From a virus (Duplodnaviria > Caudoviricetes), in IMG/VR virus record IMGVR_UViG_3300037044_000229, positions 1 through 30,429 of that record: 30,429 nucleotides of DNA; one strand, 5' to 3'. Position numbers and translations under genes: made by a program. Numbering within the stretch: the first letter of the stretch is position 1; every line of letters starts with the position of its first letter. Below the pieces are notes generated by a model that saw only the letters and a program-made list of their open reading frames with translations, ran no database searches and was not told the DNA's origin. Positions 1 through 9,419 of the stretch are shown piece after piece.

Positions 1-210
1 CTAATTTTTGATGAGCCTTATTTCCCCGGCCAATACTCTTGCGGTTTTGAAAATGAACAACTGATCGTGGATCATAAGTGTTACGTCCGTTACCGGCAAA
101 GCGGCAACGGTAATCGTTCCAGACGCGGCTACGCCGACCGTCCGGTAAGACGAATCTCTGACAATATCCAGAACTAGGTCGATCAGTTGTCCAAAATTCT
201 CACCAGACAT
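1..210 (-). CDS. Hypothetical protein downstream of head genes (possible head-completion/virion protein)
   Basis: ATG 3 nt after the stop of 214..648, GGAG SD upstream; TAG at the window edge. Confidence 0.5.
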   Translation of the reverse strand: MSGENFGQLIDLVLDIVRDSSYRTVGVAASGTITVAALPVTDVTLMIHDQLFIFKTARVLAGEIRLIKN

Positions 211-213
211 GGT

Positions 214-648
214 CTACTCTGCGCCGACCAGGTCTTCAACTTCCAAAAGCAAATTGGCAAAGGATTTACGTTTGTCCAGGTCCACACCAAACTTCTTCTT
301 GGCGTAGGCCTCCAGTTCGTCCTTGTCCATGTCGGCAAAGTCTTTTTCCATGGCATTGATTTCGACCATGTTAATTGCCCTGGCAATCTCAACGTCTTGG
401 ATCGGCGGGGCCACGGTCGGCACAACCACCTTCTCTTCGACAATTTCTGCAACGGCCGGAGCCACAAACTGCGGAAGCGTGTCACCTCTGGCACCCAGGA
501 TTTCAAACATTCGCGGGTTGGCGGTCTTCAGTTTATCGGCGTCAGTGTTTTCCACCCAGGCATCATGGGCGAAGGTATATTCGTGCATCAGCCAGTTCTG
601 TCCGATAACCAACCGGGGTTTCTTCCCCTTGTATCTCATTAGAATCAT
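214..648 (-). CDS. Hypothetical phage protein with short C-terminal helical domain (MDKDELEAYAKKKFGVDLDKRK, Rho-N/HeH-like)
   Basis: AAGGA SD; typical position after capsid genes. Confidence 0.65.
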   Translation of the reverse strand: MILMRYKGKKPRLVIGQNWLMHEYTFAHDAWVENTDADKLKTANPRMFEILGARGDTLPQFVAPAVAEIVEEKVVVPTVAPPIQDVEIARAINMVEINAMEKDFADMDKDELEAYAKKKFGVDLDKRKSFANLLLEVEDLVGAE

Positions 649-665
649 AATGTAATCCTTTCAGA

Positions 666-702
666 ACCAGGGCCGGGCATCACATATTGTCCCGGCCCTG
701 GT
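666..702 (-). terminator. 12-bp stem hairpin ACCAGGGCCGGG/CCCGGCCCTGGT after capsid genes (terminator or mRNA stabiliser)
   Basis: Perfect inverted repeat 666-677/691-702; weak U-tail. Confidence 0.55.
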
Positions 703-720
703 GGTCAGGGGGTGAGTGAT

Positions 721-1158
721 TTAAGTTTCGTCGGACAAGGTGCCGAGCATCTTGTAGTTGGCATCCAGCTTGAGAGTAGCACCGGCGGCCAAGGCACTCT
801 TGAGGGTGATATCAATGGTGTCATTGGTGGTGTATTTGCGATACATCCCGGCATAATCACCGTCTTCCACCCAATTAAAGATGAACCCATCGCCGGTACC
901 GGTCGTAAACCCATCAATGAAATGATCGGGATTGTCTCCGTCGCCAACATCGATTTCAGTGCTGGCGGCCGCGCCCGCAACGGTTCCCTTGATGTCCAGG
1001 ATCATGGCATTCTTCGGGACGGGAACCATCTGGATAACATCCCCGACCAGTAGCGCCTCGGTAGCGGTGTAGACTCCAAGCCGGTTCAGCACGTTGCCAG
1101 CCATGGCCATATCGGGACAAAGCCCGGAAAGAGCGGCCGCACTTTTGTAAATGGTCAT
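721..1158 (-). CDS. Putative capsid decoration/minor head protein
   Basis: Directly after MCP, GGAGG SD, beta-rich Gly/Ala/Thr composition. Confidence 0.6.
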   Translation of the reverse strand: MTIYKSAAALSGLCPDMAMAGNVLNRLGVYTATEALLVGDVIQMVPVPKNAMILDIKGTVAGAAASTEIDVGDGDNPDHFIDGFTTGTGDGFIFNWVEDGDYAGMYRKYTTNDTIDITLKSALAAGATLKLDANYKMLGTLSDET

Positions 1159-1179
1159 ATCGTTATTCCTCCCCCCAAC

Positions 1180-2262
1180 TTAGTTGTTGGGATCCTTGCA
1201 GTAGGCGTCAACGGCGAAGACGGAAAAGTCCATGCCGCCGAAACGGGTTTTTTTGACACCGTAGATCGTGCCGGAAGTAATGGCCAATGCCTGCCCTCTA
1301 TCGTCAGTCTCTTCATTCCAATCGTAACGACCAGCGCCGTTGGTCCCACCCCAGGCAATCATAGCCGCCTGAGCGCCCAGGAATAGCGAACGGCCCGCAG
1401 TCATACCAGTGGCACAGCCGGTGGTGTCATCGAAACGGATAACATTCCGGTGCTTGTGCAGGATCACGCCGCCGTATTCACCAAGGGAGTTCTTGTAAAT
1501 GATGGATTTTTGGCCGTCGGTGGCCTTGTGAACATCCATCCAGTCGTTGGTGGAAATGGACCGGCGCAGGTCGTAGGCTTGCCAGGTGTGCATAAGCAAC
1601 ACATGCTTGGACTCACCGTCAATGTCGAACGGCTGAATCATAGGGTCAGTCGTCTCGGCCGCGGAAGTGAGCCGCTCAACAATGTCCAGGGACATCTTGT
1701 CATTGGAATCAATGTCGCTCAGTCCGGAAGCGCCGCCGGCATAAATGACATGCGCGGAATCCGGCGCTTCCAGGGGGTTCCCTGCACGGCCGGTCCAACT
1801 AACGGGAACATGAAAGTTGGTCGCAATGCCCCGGGCGCCGGACAGATACGCAAAAAGCATCTGGTCGTAGTCTTCAGCCCACCAAACAGACAAACTGTCC
1901 CGACCCTTCTTGCGAAGGTCGTAGGGAACCCGCTGCTGGGTCATTTTGCCTTTGGTTTTGGTCCCTTTCCTGCGTTGGTCAATCAGCAGGGTATCGTAGA
2001 AGAAATCAAGGCTTTCCTCTGCGGAAGTCCCCTCGATTACATTCTCGCCCTCGACACCGTCTTCGGACAGCTTCATGGACAGGGCGAACCGGATACTATC
2101 GCCACGGCCCTTGTTGAGTTCCGTCTTGATCTTGATCATGGAGGTATCGCCGGCGCCCATGAATTTACGGAAATATTGCCTAACCTCTGCCTCAACCGCC
2201 AGGCTGGTAGACCAGCGTTTGACGGTTAGGCCGTGATTTACTCCAAACTCGGTAGCTCCCAT
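1180..2262 (-). CDS. Major capsid protein, N4-gp56 (DUF4043) family
   Basis: Motifs KRWSTSL, GDSIRFAL, LLIDQRR, DLRKKGRDSLSVWW, SLFLGAQA, YGVKKTRF; position after scaffold; GGAGG SD. Confidence 0.9.
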   Translation of the reverse strand: MGATEFGVNHGLTVKRWSTSLAVEAEVRQYFRKFMGAGDTSMIKIKTELNKGRGDSIRFALSMKLSEDGVEGENVIEGTSAEESLDFFYDTLLIDQRRKGTKTKGKMTQQRVPYDLRKKGRDSLSVWWAEDYDQMLFAYLSGARGIATNFHVPVSWTGRAGNPLEAPDSAHVIYAGGASGLSDIDSNDKMSLDIVERLTSAAETTDPMIQPFDIDGESKHVLLMHTWQAYDLRRSISTNDWMDVHKATDGQKSIIYKNSLGEYGGVILHKHRNVIRFDDTTGCATGMTAGRSLFLGAQAAMIAWGGTNGAGRYDWNEETDDRGQALAITSGTIYGVKKTRFGGMDFSVFAVDAYCKDPNN

Positions 2263-2293
2263 TTTATCCTCCCGACCCCATTACAGGACGGGC

Positions 2294-3325
2294 TTATCCG
2301 CCAAGATTCTTCCGGCGTTGGGCCGGTGTCATGTTGGCGTAGCTTTTCTCGGAAAATTCAGCCGGCCCCGGATCTTCACCTTTGCCGCCCGCATCTCCCA
2401 AGGCTCGATAGCCCCCAGTGGGGTCGCCTTTAATTTTTGCGAGAAGTTCTTTTGTGATTGTTGTGCGGAGGTCTGCTTCAACCTCTGCGCGGACTTTTGC
2501 CGGATCAGCCGCGTTGACAGCCTGTTGAAACTTGTAAACAAGCTCCACCAGGGAAGCGGCCCCATCGCCTAACGATTGCTCTTTACCGGCCACGATGATC
2601 TTTGTACGCGGATCAGCCAGGGGACCAAGCAAGTCACGGTTAAACCCCTGTTCAATGGCAAACTCGGTTAGTTGGTTGCCCAGGTCACTTCCCTCTTCAT
2701 ACAGGCCCGGAATGGCCTTCTGAACGCGGTCATAACTGGACTGAAGCAAGGCTTTCTCATTGTCCGCCCGATTCTTAATGGCAGCGACTTGCTCTTTGTA
2801 TTCAAGTAAGTCTTGCTGATACTCAATGGCCTTGACCGCGTCTTCTTCCAGCAATTCCTTAAACTCTTCTTTGGTCAGCACCTTGAAGTCGGACAATGCT
2901 TCCGCCGGGGCTTCCGCCTCGGTTTCATTCGGCTTGGTTGCCTTGGCCGCATTGAACTCCGCTCTAAGGTTCGCCAATTCCTTTGCCAATGCCTGTCGCT
3001 TTTCCCGTTCCTCTTTCAAGGCCTGGTGAGGGACAGTCCCGGCCGGTGGCTTCTTGTCTTCTTTTGCCGGCGGCGTTTCTTCGGTTGCTGTTTCTTCCGC
3101 AGTCTCTTCGTCGTCGTGGTCTTCGGTGGCATCAAAGTCTTCAGCCTCAGACGTATCGCCCTCATTGGCCGCTTCCTCTTCGCCTAAATCCTCACCCCTT
3201 AGTTCCGCCTCGGAGATAGCCTCATCAACGAACAAGGGTTCCATGCGATTACCATCACCACCGGTAGTTACCTCTGTGGTTATGGCCGCATCGTTCGATT
3301 CTGTTGCAATCGCCTCGATAGTCAT
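2294..3325 (-). CDS. Putative capsid scaffolding protein
   Basis: Acidic N-terminus, VPHQALKEEREKRQ coiled-coil motif, directly upstream of MCP. Confidence 0.75.
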   Translation of the reverse strand: MTIEAIATESNDAAITTEVTTGGDGNRMEPLFVDEAISEAELRGEDLGEEEAANEGDTSEAEDFDATEDHDDEETAEETATEETPPAKEDKKPPAGTVPHQALKEEREKRQALAKELANLRAEFNAAKATKPNETEAEAPAEALSDFKVLTKEEFKELLEEDAVKAIEYQQDLLEYKEQVAAIKNRADNEKALLQSSYDRVQKAIPGLYEEGSDLGNQLTEFAIEQGFNRDLLGPLADPRTKIIVAGKEQSLGDGAASLVELVYKFQQAVNAADPAKVRAEVEADLRTTITKELLAKIKGDPTGGYRALGDAGGKGEDPGPAEFSEKSYANMTPAQRRKNLGG

Positions 3326-3423
3326 TTGTTACCTTCGCTTTCCGTCCAGTGGACGACTTCTCACGCATTGTCGGAGCATGAACCCGAGTTATGTTTACGG
3401 TGATTACGTTCACCGTTGACGAC

Positions 3424-3467
3424 AAAAAAAGACCGGTTAGCAGTGTGGTGTTCACTGCCAACCGGCC
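3424..3467 (-). terminator. Intrinsic terminator upstream of scaffold gene
   Basis: Imperfect stem 3431-3445/3453-3467 followed by T7 on the minus strand. Confidence 0.7.
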
Positions 3468-3526
3468 CTAAATGGTGCGCGTGTTTGGCGCCGAAAAAAG
3501 ATGTCTTAAAGGGTTAACTGCCTACT

Positions 3527-3694
3527 TCATTTCCGTTCTCCTGTTTTTGTATCCAACTTAATGGAAACTGAACACTTGACCGTTTTCAGGTCTGGCTTTA
3601 ACTCAGATTCAATCGTAAGCCACAAGTTATGGGCTTGGCAAATGCTTTTTATTTGCTCGACAATATCAGCCGCAATGTCTTCAGTAATTGTCAT
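3527..3694 (-). CDS. Small hypothetical protein (MTITEDIAADIVEQIKS..., 55 aa)
   Basis: Read by hand; ATGA overlap with upstream ORF; GGAG SD. Confidence 0.6.
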   Translation of the reverse strand: MTITEDIAADIVEQIKSICQAHNLWLTIESELKPDLKTVKCSVSIKLDTKTGERK

Positions 3695-3804
3695 GATATG
3701 ATTTGCTCCCGGGTAGACCCGGTCAGTTCACGGATACTCCCGAGACACCTCGGAAGCATCCGCTCTTCGTTCTTCACGGTCATACAGGTGGAGAGCTTGA
3801 TCAT
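3691..3804 (-). pseudogene. Remnant of a family-2 glycosyltransferase N-terminus (MIKLSTCMTVKNEERMLPRCLGSIRELTGST)
   Basis: Resembles the GT2 signature LS-x-C-M-I-V-K-N-E-E...L-x-x-C-L-x-S...D-T-G-S-T, with the DEIIVVD segment missing and a stop after 37 aa. Confidence 0.6.
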
Positions 3805-4085
3805 AGGATTCTCTCGTATTGACGTCGAAATCTCTCGTCGTCCACAACCTCAGCACTCAAGCCGTCTTCGGACAATACCACCCAGTCACTGGGGGATACC
3901 GTGCGGGGCCGTTCCGTAACTGGAGGTTTGAGACGCAAATATGTTCGACCCATTGGCCGGTCAATGAACTCCACCTCTCCCTCGGTAATAAATCTCCGAA
4001 ACCAGTCTGGCAACCAGCATGTCGCCGGCTTGCCGTCCCATCGGAAAGCCTCAAAGACAGGCTTTTTCTTCGTGAACTTAGGCAT
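3801..4085 (-). CDS. Conserved phage protein (KKPVxxEAxxW family)
   Basis: N-terminal KKKPVFEAFRWDG and C-terminal DWVV...FRRQYE pattern; AAGGGG SD. Confidence 0.7.
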   Translation of the reverse strand: MPKFTKKKPVFEAFRWDGKPATCWLPDWFRRFITEGEVEFIDRPMGRTYLRLKPPVTERPRTVSPSDWVVLSEDGLSAEVVDDERFRRQYERIL

Positions 4086-4100
4086 AGGGCTTGCCCCTTC

Positions 4101-4313
4101 TCATACCCCGGCGCCCGGAGCCTTGGGGAATATGTTGTCGAAATTTTTCCGGTAACTTTTCCGTTCGTCATCCGTGATATGGCAAAAACAGTTCCAACGG
4201 TAATCACGGCCGTTCTTTAATTCACGCTGAGAGCGGAAACTCTTTTCTACCTTGGCGTCAAACGCCGCCTCTTGTGCCGCCGTATGGAGAGGCGCCCCAA
4301 AGTCACTGTCCAT
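4101..4313 (-). CDS. Hypothetical protein (MDSDFGAP..., 70 aa)
   Basis: GGAGGT SD before ATG 4313; the upstream ORF extension overlaps the DHH gene. Confidence 0.6.
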   Translation of the reverse strand: MDSDFGAPLHTAAQEAAFDAKVEKSFRSQRELKNGRDYRWNCFCHITDDERKSYRKNFDNIFPKAPGAGV

Positions 4314-4317
4314 TGTT

Positions 4318-5193
4318 TCACCTCCCCAACAACGCAAACGGAAGGTGCCGACAGTGAAACCCCGCGGCATTGGCATGTCCACCGCCCCCGTGATTCTTGG
4401 CCACCCGGGAAACATCCACATCAGGCTTGTCGGAATACAGCGAAACAACCCAACCGCCGTTCCTCCAACCAAAAGCCAGCATCGCGTCATACCGGTCCTG
4501 ATTCCAGACGGAATCAAACAGTTGGCTATTGGTCGCCATCTTGTTAATGGCAATGCAACGCATTCCGTCCAGTTCCACGGAGAAGGCCGCGGATCTTGCA
4601 TACTTTCCGTTGTCCGTATTGATGTAATTCAGGATATGCCGGCCGGCGCAACAAATGTCCTCAATTCGATCTGCAATACGGTCCCGTATTCTGTCATCCA
4701 AACACAGGAGGGTTTCCCATAACGCTATGGTCTTCGGGTCGGCAGGGTCAGTATCCAAGGCCCTCATGCCATATTGGAAGTGAAGGACAGTGTCGTCTTC
4801 AAGATCAAATACGTCATACCGGCCCAATAGATAGACGGGAGCTGGGGTAAGCACCGGATCCGGGGAAAAATATTCCCAAACCAATTCACAAGCCGCTTTA
4901 CCAATTTCACGAAGCCCCCCTATGTGCCGGCCGCATTTACTGTAATCATCCATGGCCGTCTTGTGATGGTCAATCCAAACCAAATGACCGCAGGTATCCG
5001 CCAATCGTACCATCCGGTCAAAGGGCTGTAGGCTCATATCCACCATGTAGACAATCTCATCGGGACCGATACAGTCCCAGTTAAACGGCCGGTTGTAATC
5101 AGTGCCGATCATTACACATTCCGGATACTTGGCGCGGATAATGGCCCCGGAGCAATGGCCGTCCAGGTCTGCACTATGGTAAAAACATTTCAT
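4318..5193 (-). CDS. DHH/DHHA1 family phosphoesterase (NrnB/oligoribonuclease-like)
   Basis: YHSADLDG, MVD, WIDHH and GGGGHANAAGF motifs; likely start ATG 5193. Confidence 0.88.
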   Translation of the reverse strand: MKCFYHSADLDGHCSGAIIRAKYPECVMIGTDYNRPFNWDCIGPDEIVYMVDMSLQPFDRMVRLADTCGHLVWIDHHKTAMDDYSKCGRHIGGLREIGKAACELVWEYFSPDPVLTPAPVYLLGRYDVFDLEDDTVLHFQYGMRALDTDPADPKTIALWETLLCLDDRIRDRIADRIEDICCAGRHILNYINTDNGKYARSAAFSVELDGMRCIAINKMATNSQLFDSVWNQDRYDAMLAFGWRNGGWVVSLYSDKPDVDVSRVAKNHGGGGHANAAGFHCRHLPFALLGR

Positions 5194-5351
5194 TTTCCAT
5201 GCCCCTGTCTGAATTTCGGTTTCAAATAGTAATGCCATTTCAGTTGAAGGTAATGAAGACATTCCTCCTGGATAGCCCTCCAGTCTTCATCCTTGATCGC
5301 TTGGGCCAGGTCCGCCACCACTTTCAGCACTTCCGGCCTTTCGTTAGCCAC
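5190..5351 (-). CDS. Hypothetical protein (53 aa, GTG start)
   Basis: GGAGG SD before GTG 5351; stop overlaps the DHH start. Confidence 0.5.
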   Translation of the reverse strand: MANERPEVLKVVADLAQAIKDEDWRAIQEECLHYLQLKWHYYLKPKFRQGHGK

Positions 5352-5595
5352 GAGCCTTCCTCCATTTGGCCCAAGCGTCCCATGCACAGGCCCCGGCGTA
5401 GACCACCAACCATCCCAGGCCGGCCAAAGCACCAAGTCCCAGGACAAAGGCCGGAGTTCCCCACATCGGTACGAATACCCACCACCATGACCAGTCAATC
5501 ATCCCGAACAATTTGGCCGCGACGAATATCAATGTCAGCACGGGTAAAAATCCCATGGCCATACCCCCCTGTTTCACAACTATATGATTAGACAT
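5344..5595 (-). CDS. Small phage membrane protein (IDWSWWWVFVPMW motif, Tmemb_185A-like)
   Basis: Two hydrophobic segments with the LTLIF..KL.G.IDWSWWWV.P.W pattern; AAGGAG SD. Confidence 0.75.
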   Translation of the reverse strand: MSNHIVVKQGGMAMGFLPVLTLIFVAAKLFGMIDWSWWWVFVPMWGTPAFVLGLGALAGLGWLVVYAGACAWDAWAKWRKARG

Positions 5596-5614
5596 TTAAA
5601 TCTCCTTGTCTTTG

Positions 5615-7753
5615 TTATTTTTTCGGGGTCTTTACCGGCTTCTTGTTCTCGGTCTTCTTCAACTGGGCTTGTTTCTCCTTGTCCTTCCTCTCAGTCTCAG
5701 CGCGGAAAGCGGTAACACCCACGTTGGCCTTGGCGGTATCAGCCTTGGCTTTTTCCGCTAACATCTTCGTCACGGCATTGGCCGCTTCGATCTTGGTCCG
5801 GGCCACGATCTCCGCTATTTCCGCCTCCAGCTTCTTGTTTTCAAGCAGCTTGCCCATCAAGTCAGCCTGGATCCCCTGCTCTGCATACTGGGCATCCTTC
5901 TGCGCCTGGGCCTGTTGAGCCTCAAGCATTTGAATGGTCCTCTGTTTGATCTCTTCCGGAGACATGTCCTCTTCAGTCGGGTCAATGCCCAATATCGGCT
6001 TGATCTTCGCCAATAACTGATCTTTGTTAGGCATGTCGGACAGTTCAAATGCCAAGTTCATCAGGTGCGGGATAACTTCCGGCGGGGACTTCTTAACCCA
6101 TTCGATGATCATGTTCATGTTCTGTTCACGGACAGTGTCGGCTTTGGCCGCAACCACTACCGTCAGGTCAAAACGGCCCTGGGTGATATTGTTCTTAATC
6201 ATGGTCCGGCCATCAGGTCCGGTCATCTGCTGATTAAGCATCACGAACCTTTCGGCCCCACTCACCCTGTCCGTTACCCGGAGAACCATTTCTTCCTTCC
6301 AGAAGTCCTGAATCCCGCTTACCGTCAATTCACCAAGCATCTGCATAGAACGGCGCAGGTTGCTAAACAACGTGGCCGTCATCAAGGACCCCTGTTCACG
6401 TCTAAGGTCTATGGCGGCGCCGGACACCGCATTGCTCTGAAGCCCCATGCGCTCATTATTCGACCCGGATATTTCCTGGATCTCCCGTTCGCTTTGTTCC
6501 ATCAACTGAACCTGTGCCGGCGCCAAGTCCGCTTGCTCCACGATCTTCAAACCAGTCTGTAACTTCCCAGGCCGCACAATGACCAGGCCATCCAGTTTGT
6601 TGGCCTCTTCCCACAACTCCTGTAACCCGGTATCCGGATCGTCCACGACATCACTCTCAGCAAATACCCGGCGGGACTTGAGCAAGGCCAGGGCCATGGT
6701 CCGTCTCTTGTTCGTCTCTTCATCCTGTCCACGAATCTGACGGGGAACCCCGTAAGGCAGGTTGTATCTGTCGATGTATCCAACGAACGGAACAAACGGG
6801 AAGTTGTTGTGGCCATAAGGGGAATCAATATGCTGCAATTCCAAGTCGCCTACAAATGTCGCCACCCGGATCTTCTTCACAGTCGCGGCCACGATTTCAT
6901 AAGCCTGTTGGACCATTTCAAGCTGATCCATAGCCGGCAGGTTGTCACTCAACTCCAGCACCCTGCCGTCACGGAAACGGCAGAACCAAGACTGTGTCCA
7001 CTGCCCGTACCACATTTCTACTGGCCGGACTCGCTTGTTGGTCCCATCAACCCAGTCCGACCCAATCAGTGTTTGTCTGGACTCTTCAACAATATTGGCC
7101 AGGTCATCATCGGCATAGTCGAAGTGGTGATTGTCTCCATCCAGGTCTTGACAATGGTCATTCAATTCCTTGGCCTTTTTCGGAAACAACGCCTGGAGTT
7201 CATCTATCTGGACCCACTTCTCATGAAAAACATACCGGGACGTGTCCGGGTTTAGCCATGGCCCACCATACGGATCAAAGTGCATCTCCTTCCAGTCCCG
7301 GTAAGCAACCCTGATCTTTTCCCGTCGCGGATCCGGGTTGAGCCCAACAGACAAACACCCGAATCCCGGCACAATGGAATCAGCAAAGCCTTGACCAATC
7401 AGCCACTCACCCATGTTCTGATCCATGACATACTGAATACTCTCTGTCATGATCTGGCTGATCTCCCCGTCCTTCTGTGTCCGGGCCTTGGCTATGATAT
7501 TGTTGCTGTTCATCGACTGTGTTCCGAGAATCAAATTCACCGAAGGGAACGTCCGGTTAATAGTCAACGGGTTCAAGCCGGCCGCTATCGCCTCTTCCCA
7601 ATCCTCATCCGTCCATTGAGCCCGCCCACCGTCGTACATCTGAGCGTCGCGCCAACTTTCCGCCCGCCATTCCGCATCAGCTACACGGGCCTCATAAACC
7701 CATTGGCGCAATCTCGGCAAATCAGGTGTATTGATAAAATTATTCTTCGCCAT
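5615..7753 (-). CDS. Portal protein, P22-like
   Basis: 712 aa after terL; LTINRTFPSVNLILG, FPFVPF, PYGVPRQIRGQDEETNKR, SGAAI motifs; C-terminal coiled coil. Confidence 0.88.
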   Translation of the reverse strand: MAKNNFINTPDLPRLRQWVYEARVADAEWRAESWRDAQMYDGGRAQWTDEDWEEAIAAGLNPLTINRTFPSVNLILGTQSMNSNNIIAKARTQKDGEISQIMTESIQYVMDQNMGEWLIGQGFADSIVPGFGCLSVGLNPDPRREKIRVAYRDWKEMHFDPYGGPWLNPDTSRYVFHEKWVQIDELQALFPKKAKELNDHCQDLDGDNHHFDYADDDLANIVEESRQTLIGSDWVDGTNKRVRPVEMWYGQWTQSWFCRFRDGRVLELSDNLPAMDQLEMVQQAYEIVAATVKKIRVATFVGDLELQHIDSPYGHNNFPFVPFVGYIDRYNLPYGVPRQIRGQDEETNKRRTMALALLKSRRVFAESDVVDDPDTGLQELWEEANKLDGLVIVRPGKLQTGLKIVEQADLAPAQVQLMEQSEREIQEISGSNNERMGLQSNAVSGAAIDLRREQGSLMTATLFSNLRRSMQMLGELTVSGIQDFWKEEMVLRVTDRVSGAERFVMLNQQMTGPDGRTMIKNNITQGRFDLTVVVAAKADTVREQNMNMIIEWVKKSPPEVIPHLMNLAFELSDMPNKDQLLAKIKPILGIDPTEEDMSPEEIKQRTIQMLEAQQAQAQKDAQYAEQGIQADLMGKLLENKKLEAEIAEIVARTKIEAANAVTKMLAEKAKADTAKANVGVTAFRAETERKDKEKQAQLKKTENKKPVKTPKK

Positions 7754-7913
7754 GTTCCCTCCGGACTTTACATAAGCCCCCTTTCATTTCCCGCCGAAGA
7801 CGGCGGTTGTAAGTGTTCTTCCAATATTTCCGGAGCCCGGTGCTCCAGTTGTAGCTATGGCGCCACTTGGTCAAAGCGTCGTATTCGCCGGCGCCTTTCA
7901 ACGGAATCCTCAT
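7740..7913 (-). CDS. Small basic phage protein (GAGEYDALTKWRH...YNRRLRR)
   Basis: ATGA overlap with the terL stop; fills the terL-portal gap. Confidence 0.6.
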   Translation of the reverse strand: MRIPLKGAGEYDALTKWRHSYNWSTGLRKYWKNTYNRRLRREMKGGLCKVRREHGEE

Positions 7914-9253
7914 CTCTTCCTTCCCCATCCGTGGCCGGAAGACTTCTTCTTGCCCCGGTTAGGCCTGAACCCACCACCGCCCTTGTGGAACCTGTGAAGC
8001 AACGCAAACGTCTGGAACGCATCCGCCGGGTGAGAAGTCCAGTCATGAACTGGACGCAATGCAAACACCCCGTCCTTCTCGTTCCATTCCTTCCGGTATT
8101 GCTTGAGCCCCTCGACACCACGTTCACACTTGTCTTCATCAAACCAGCATTTGCCCAGGATCTGACGGCAAGCCTCGATCCCGTCCTCTTTCTTGGCCGG
8201 CTTCGGAGCTATGTCCGCCGAAAACCCCAGGTCATACAAGAAGTCCTGTGCACTTTTCCCAGTCTGAAGCTCACGCTTGGCCCCATCGTGAGGAAGATGA
8301 ACCCGGCCAACCATGGCCCCATTGGAATTAACGAACTTGGTGATCTCGTTGGCGTAGTGAGCCAAAGGCTCTCCGCTGTTTTCGTAGTAATTGACAAAGT
8401 GAACCTCACGGCCCACGTTTTGGGTGAACCAAATAGAAGTCGAATCGTCCATCCCCAAGTCCCACCAGGTATCTACCGGGACACCACCCTCAATCGGCAC
8501 ACCGCAAACCCGGTTCTGAGTATCAGCAGCCTTCATCTGCTTGGAATAATAGGCGCCCGGGATAGAAGCCTCGAAACTGCAATAGAACTCCTGTTGGATC
8601 AGGTCATCATCCATCCCGTCCAACCGTTCTTGCTCTATATCTTCAGGGGTCAACACGCCGGTATCAGCAACGGTCAGCTTTTCGCAAAACCAGGTGGGGT
8701 TCTTTAGGGCCAGTTTATACAGCCGGAAAGCATGGTTCTTGCCGCGGGGCGTAAAGTTGAAAGCCGCCCATCCCCCGTTCTCACGGAGAATCGGCCGGAC
8801 AAAGTCCCATCCGGTAGGATCCTGCAAGGAATACTCGGAGAAGATACAGCCCACCGGGTTAGTCCCGACGATACTGTCAATATTGTCAGAGCCCACCAAC
8901 TGGAACAAAGACCCGTTGGTCAGCTTGATTTTCATCTCAGTACTGTTCGTGTTTTCCCGGATCTGCTCGGGAATATGAGACAGGAAAGGGAACCCGTCCT
9001 TCCCTATCCCGTCCCACACGATCTTTCTGGCCTGTTTCAACGTCGGCAGGAAATAGTAATAGGCGCCAACCCGCTTGGCCCAGGCCATGGTAATCAGAAT
9101 GTTCAACAGCGTCTTGTCTTTCCCGGCCCGCCGGTGCCAGACAGTGGCCGCACGGCGAACGCCGTCCCTGACAATCGCGTTAAACAACGGCACTTGGTAT
9201 GTCCTTGGGATAAACTCGTGAGGTATGGTGATATTTATCGGCTCAACTGCCAT
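7910..9253 (-). CDS. terL: Terminase large subunit
   Basis: PRTYQ, WHRRAGKD Walker A, IFSEY Walker B, FTPRG coupling motif, WDLG and SHPADAF nuclease motifs. Confidence 0.95.
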   Translation of the reverse strand: MAVEPINITIPHEFIPRTYQVPLFNAIVRDGVRRAATVWHRRAGKDKTLLNILITMAWAKRVGAYYYFLPTLKQARKIVWDGIGKDGFPFLSHIPEQIRENTNSTEMKIKLTNGSLFQLVGSDNIDSIVGTNPVGCIFSEYSLQDPTGWDFVRPILRENGGWAAFNFTPRGKNHAFRLYKLALKNPTWFCEKLTVADTGVLTPEDIEQERLDGMDDDLIQQEFYCSFEASIPGAYYSKQMKAADTQNRVCGVPIEGGVPVDTWWDLGMDDSTSIWFTQNVGREVHFVNYYENSGEPLAHYANEITKFVNSNGAMVGRVHLPHDGAKRELQTGKSAQDFLYDLGFSADIAPKPAKKEDGIEACRQILGKCWFDEDKCERGVEGLKQYRKEWNEKDGVFALRPVHDWTSHPADAFQTFALLHRFHKGGGGFRPNRGKKKSSGHGWGRKR

Positions 9254-9339
9254 GTTTCGTTCGTCAAATTCCCTGTAAAACCTAAAAAATTAAAATAAAA
9301 AAAATAGAAGTTTCGCACTCACGGGACTAGTTACATAGT

Positions 9340-9419
9340 GGGGGGAGGCCGGCCCGGCCGTCGGTTGGTGCCCCCCATGGGGGTGGGGGGGGTCATGTGC
9401 AGAAAATGAAAGGGGGGGG
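9340..9419 (+). repeat. Four G-tracts (G6, G5, G8, G8) in the terL-terS intergenic region; candidate packaging/cleavage site
   Basis: G runs at 9340-9345, 9379-9383, 9385-9392, 9412-9419; function is inferred. Confidence 0.45.

Noticed and set aside
7280-8707. 475-aa plus-strand ORF
   Set aside because: Antisense shadow of portal and terL with no recognisable motifs; the same applies to 1450..2229, 11561..12550, 18353..19207 and 20623..21387
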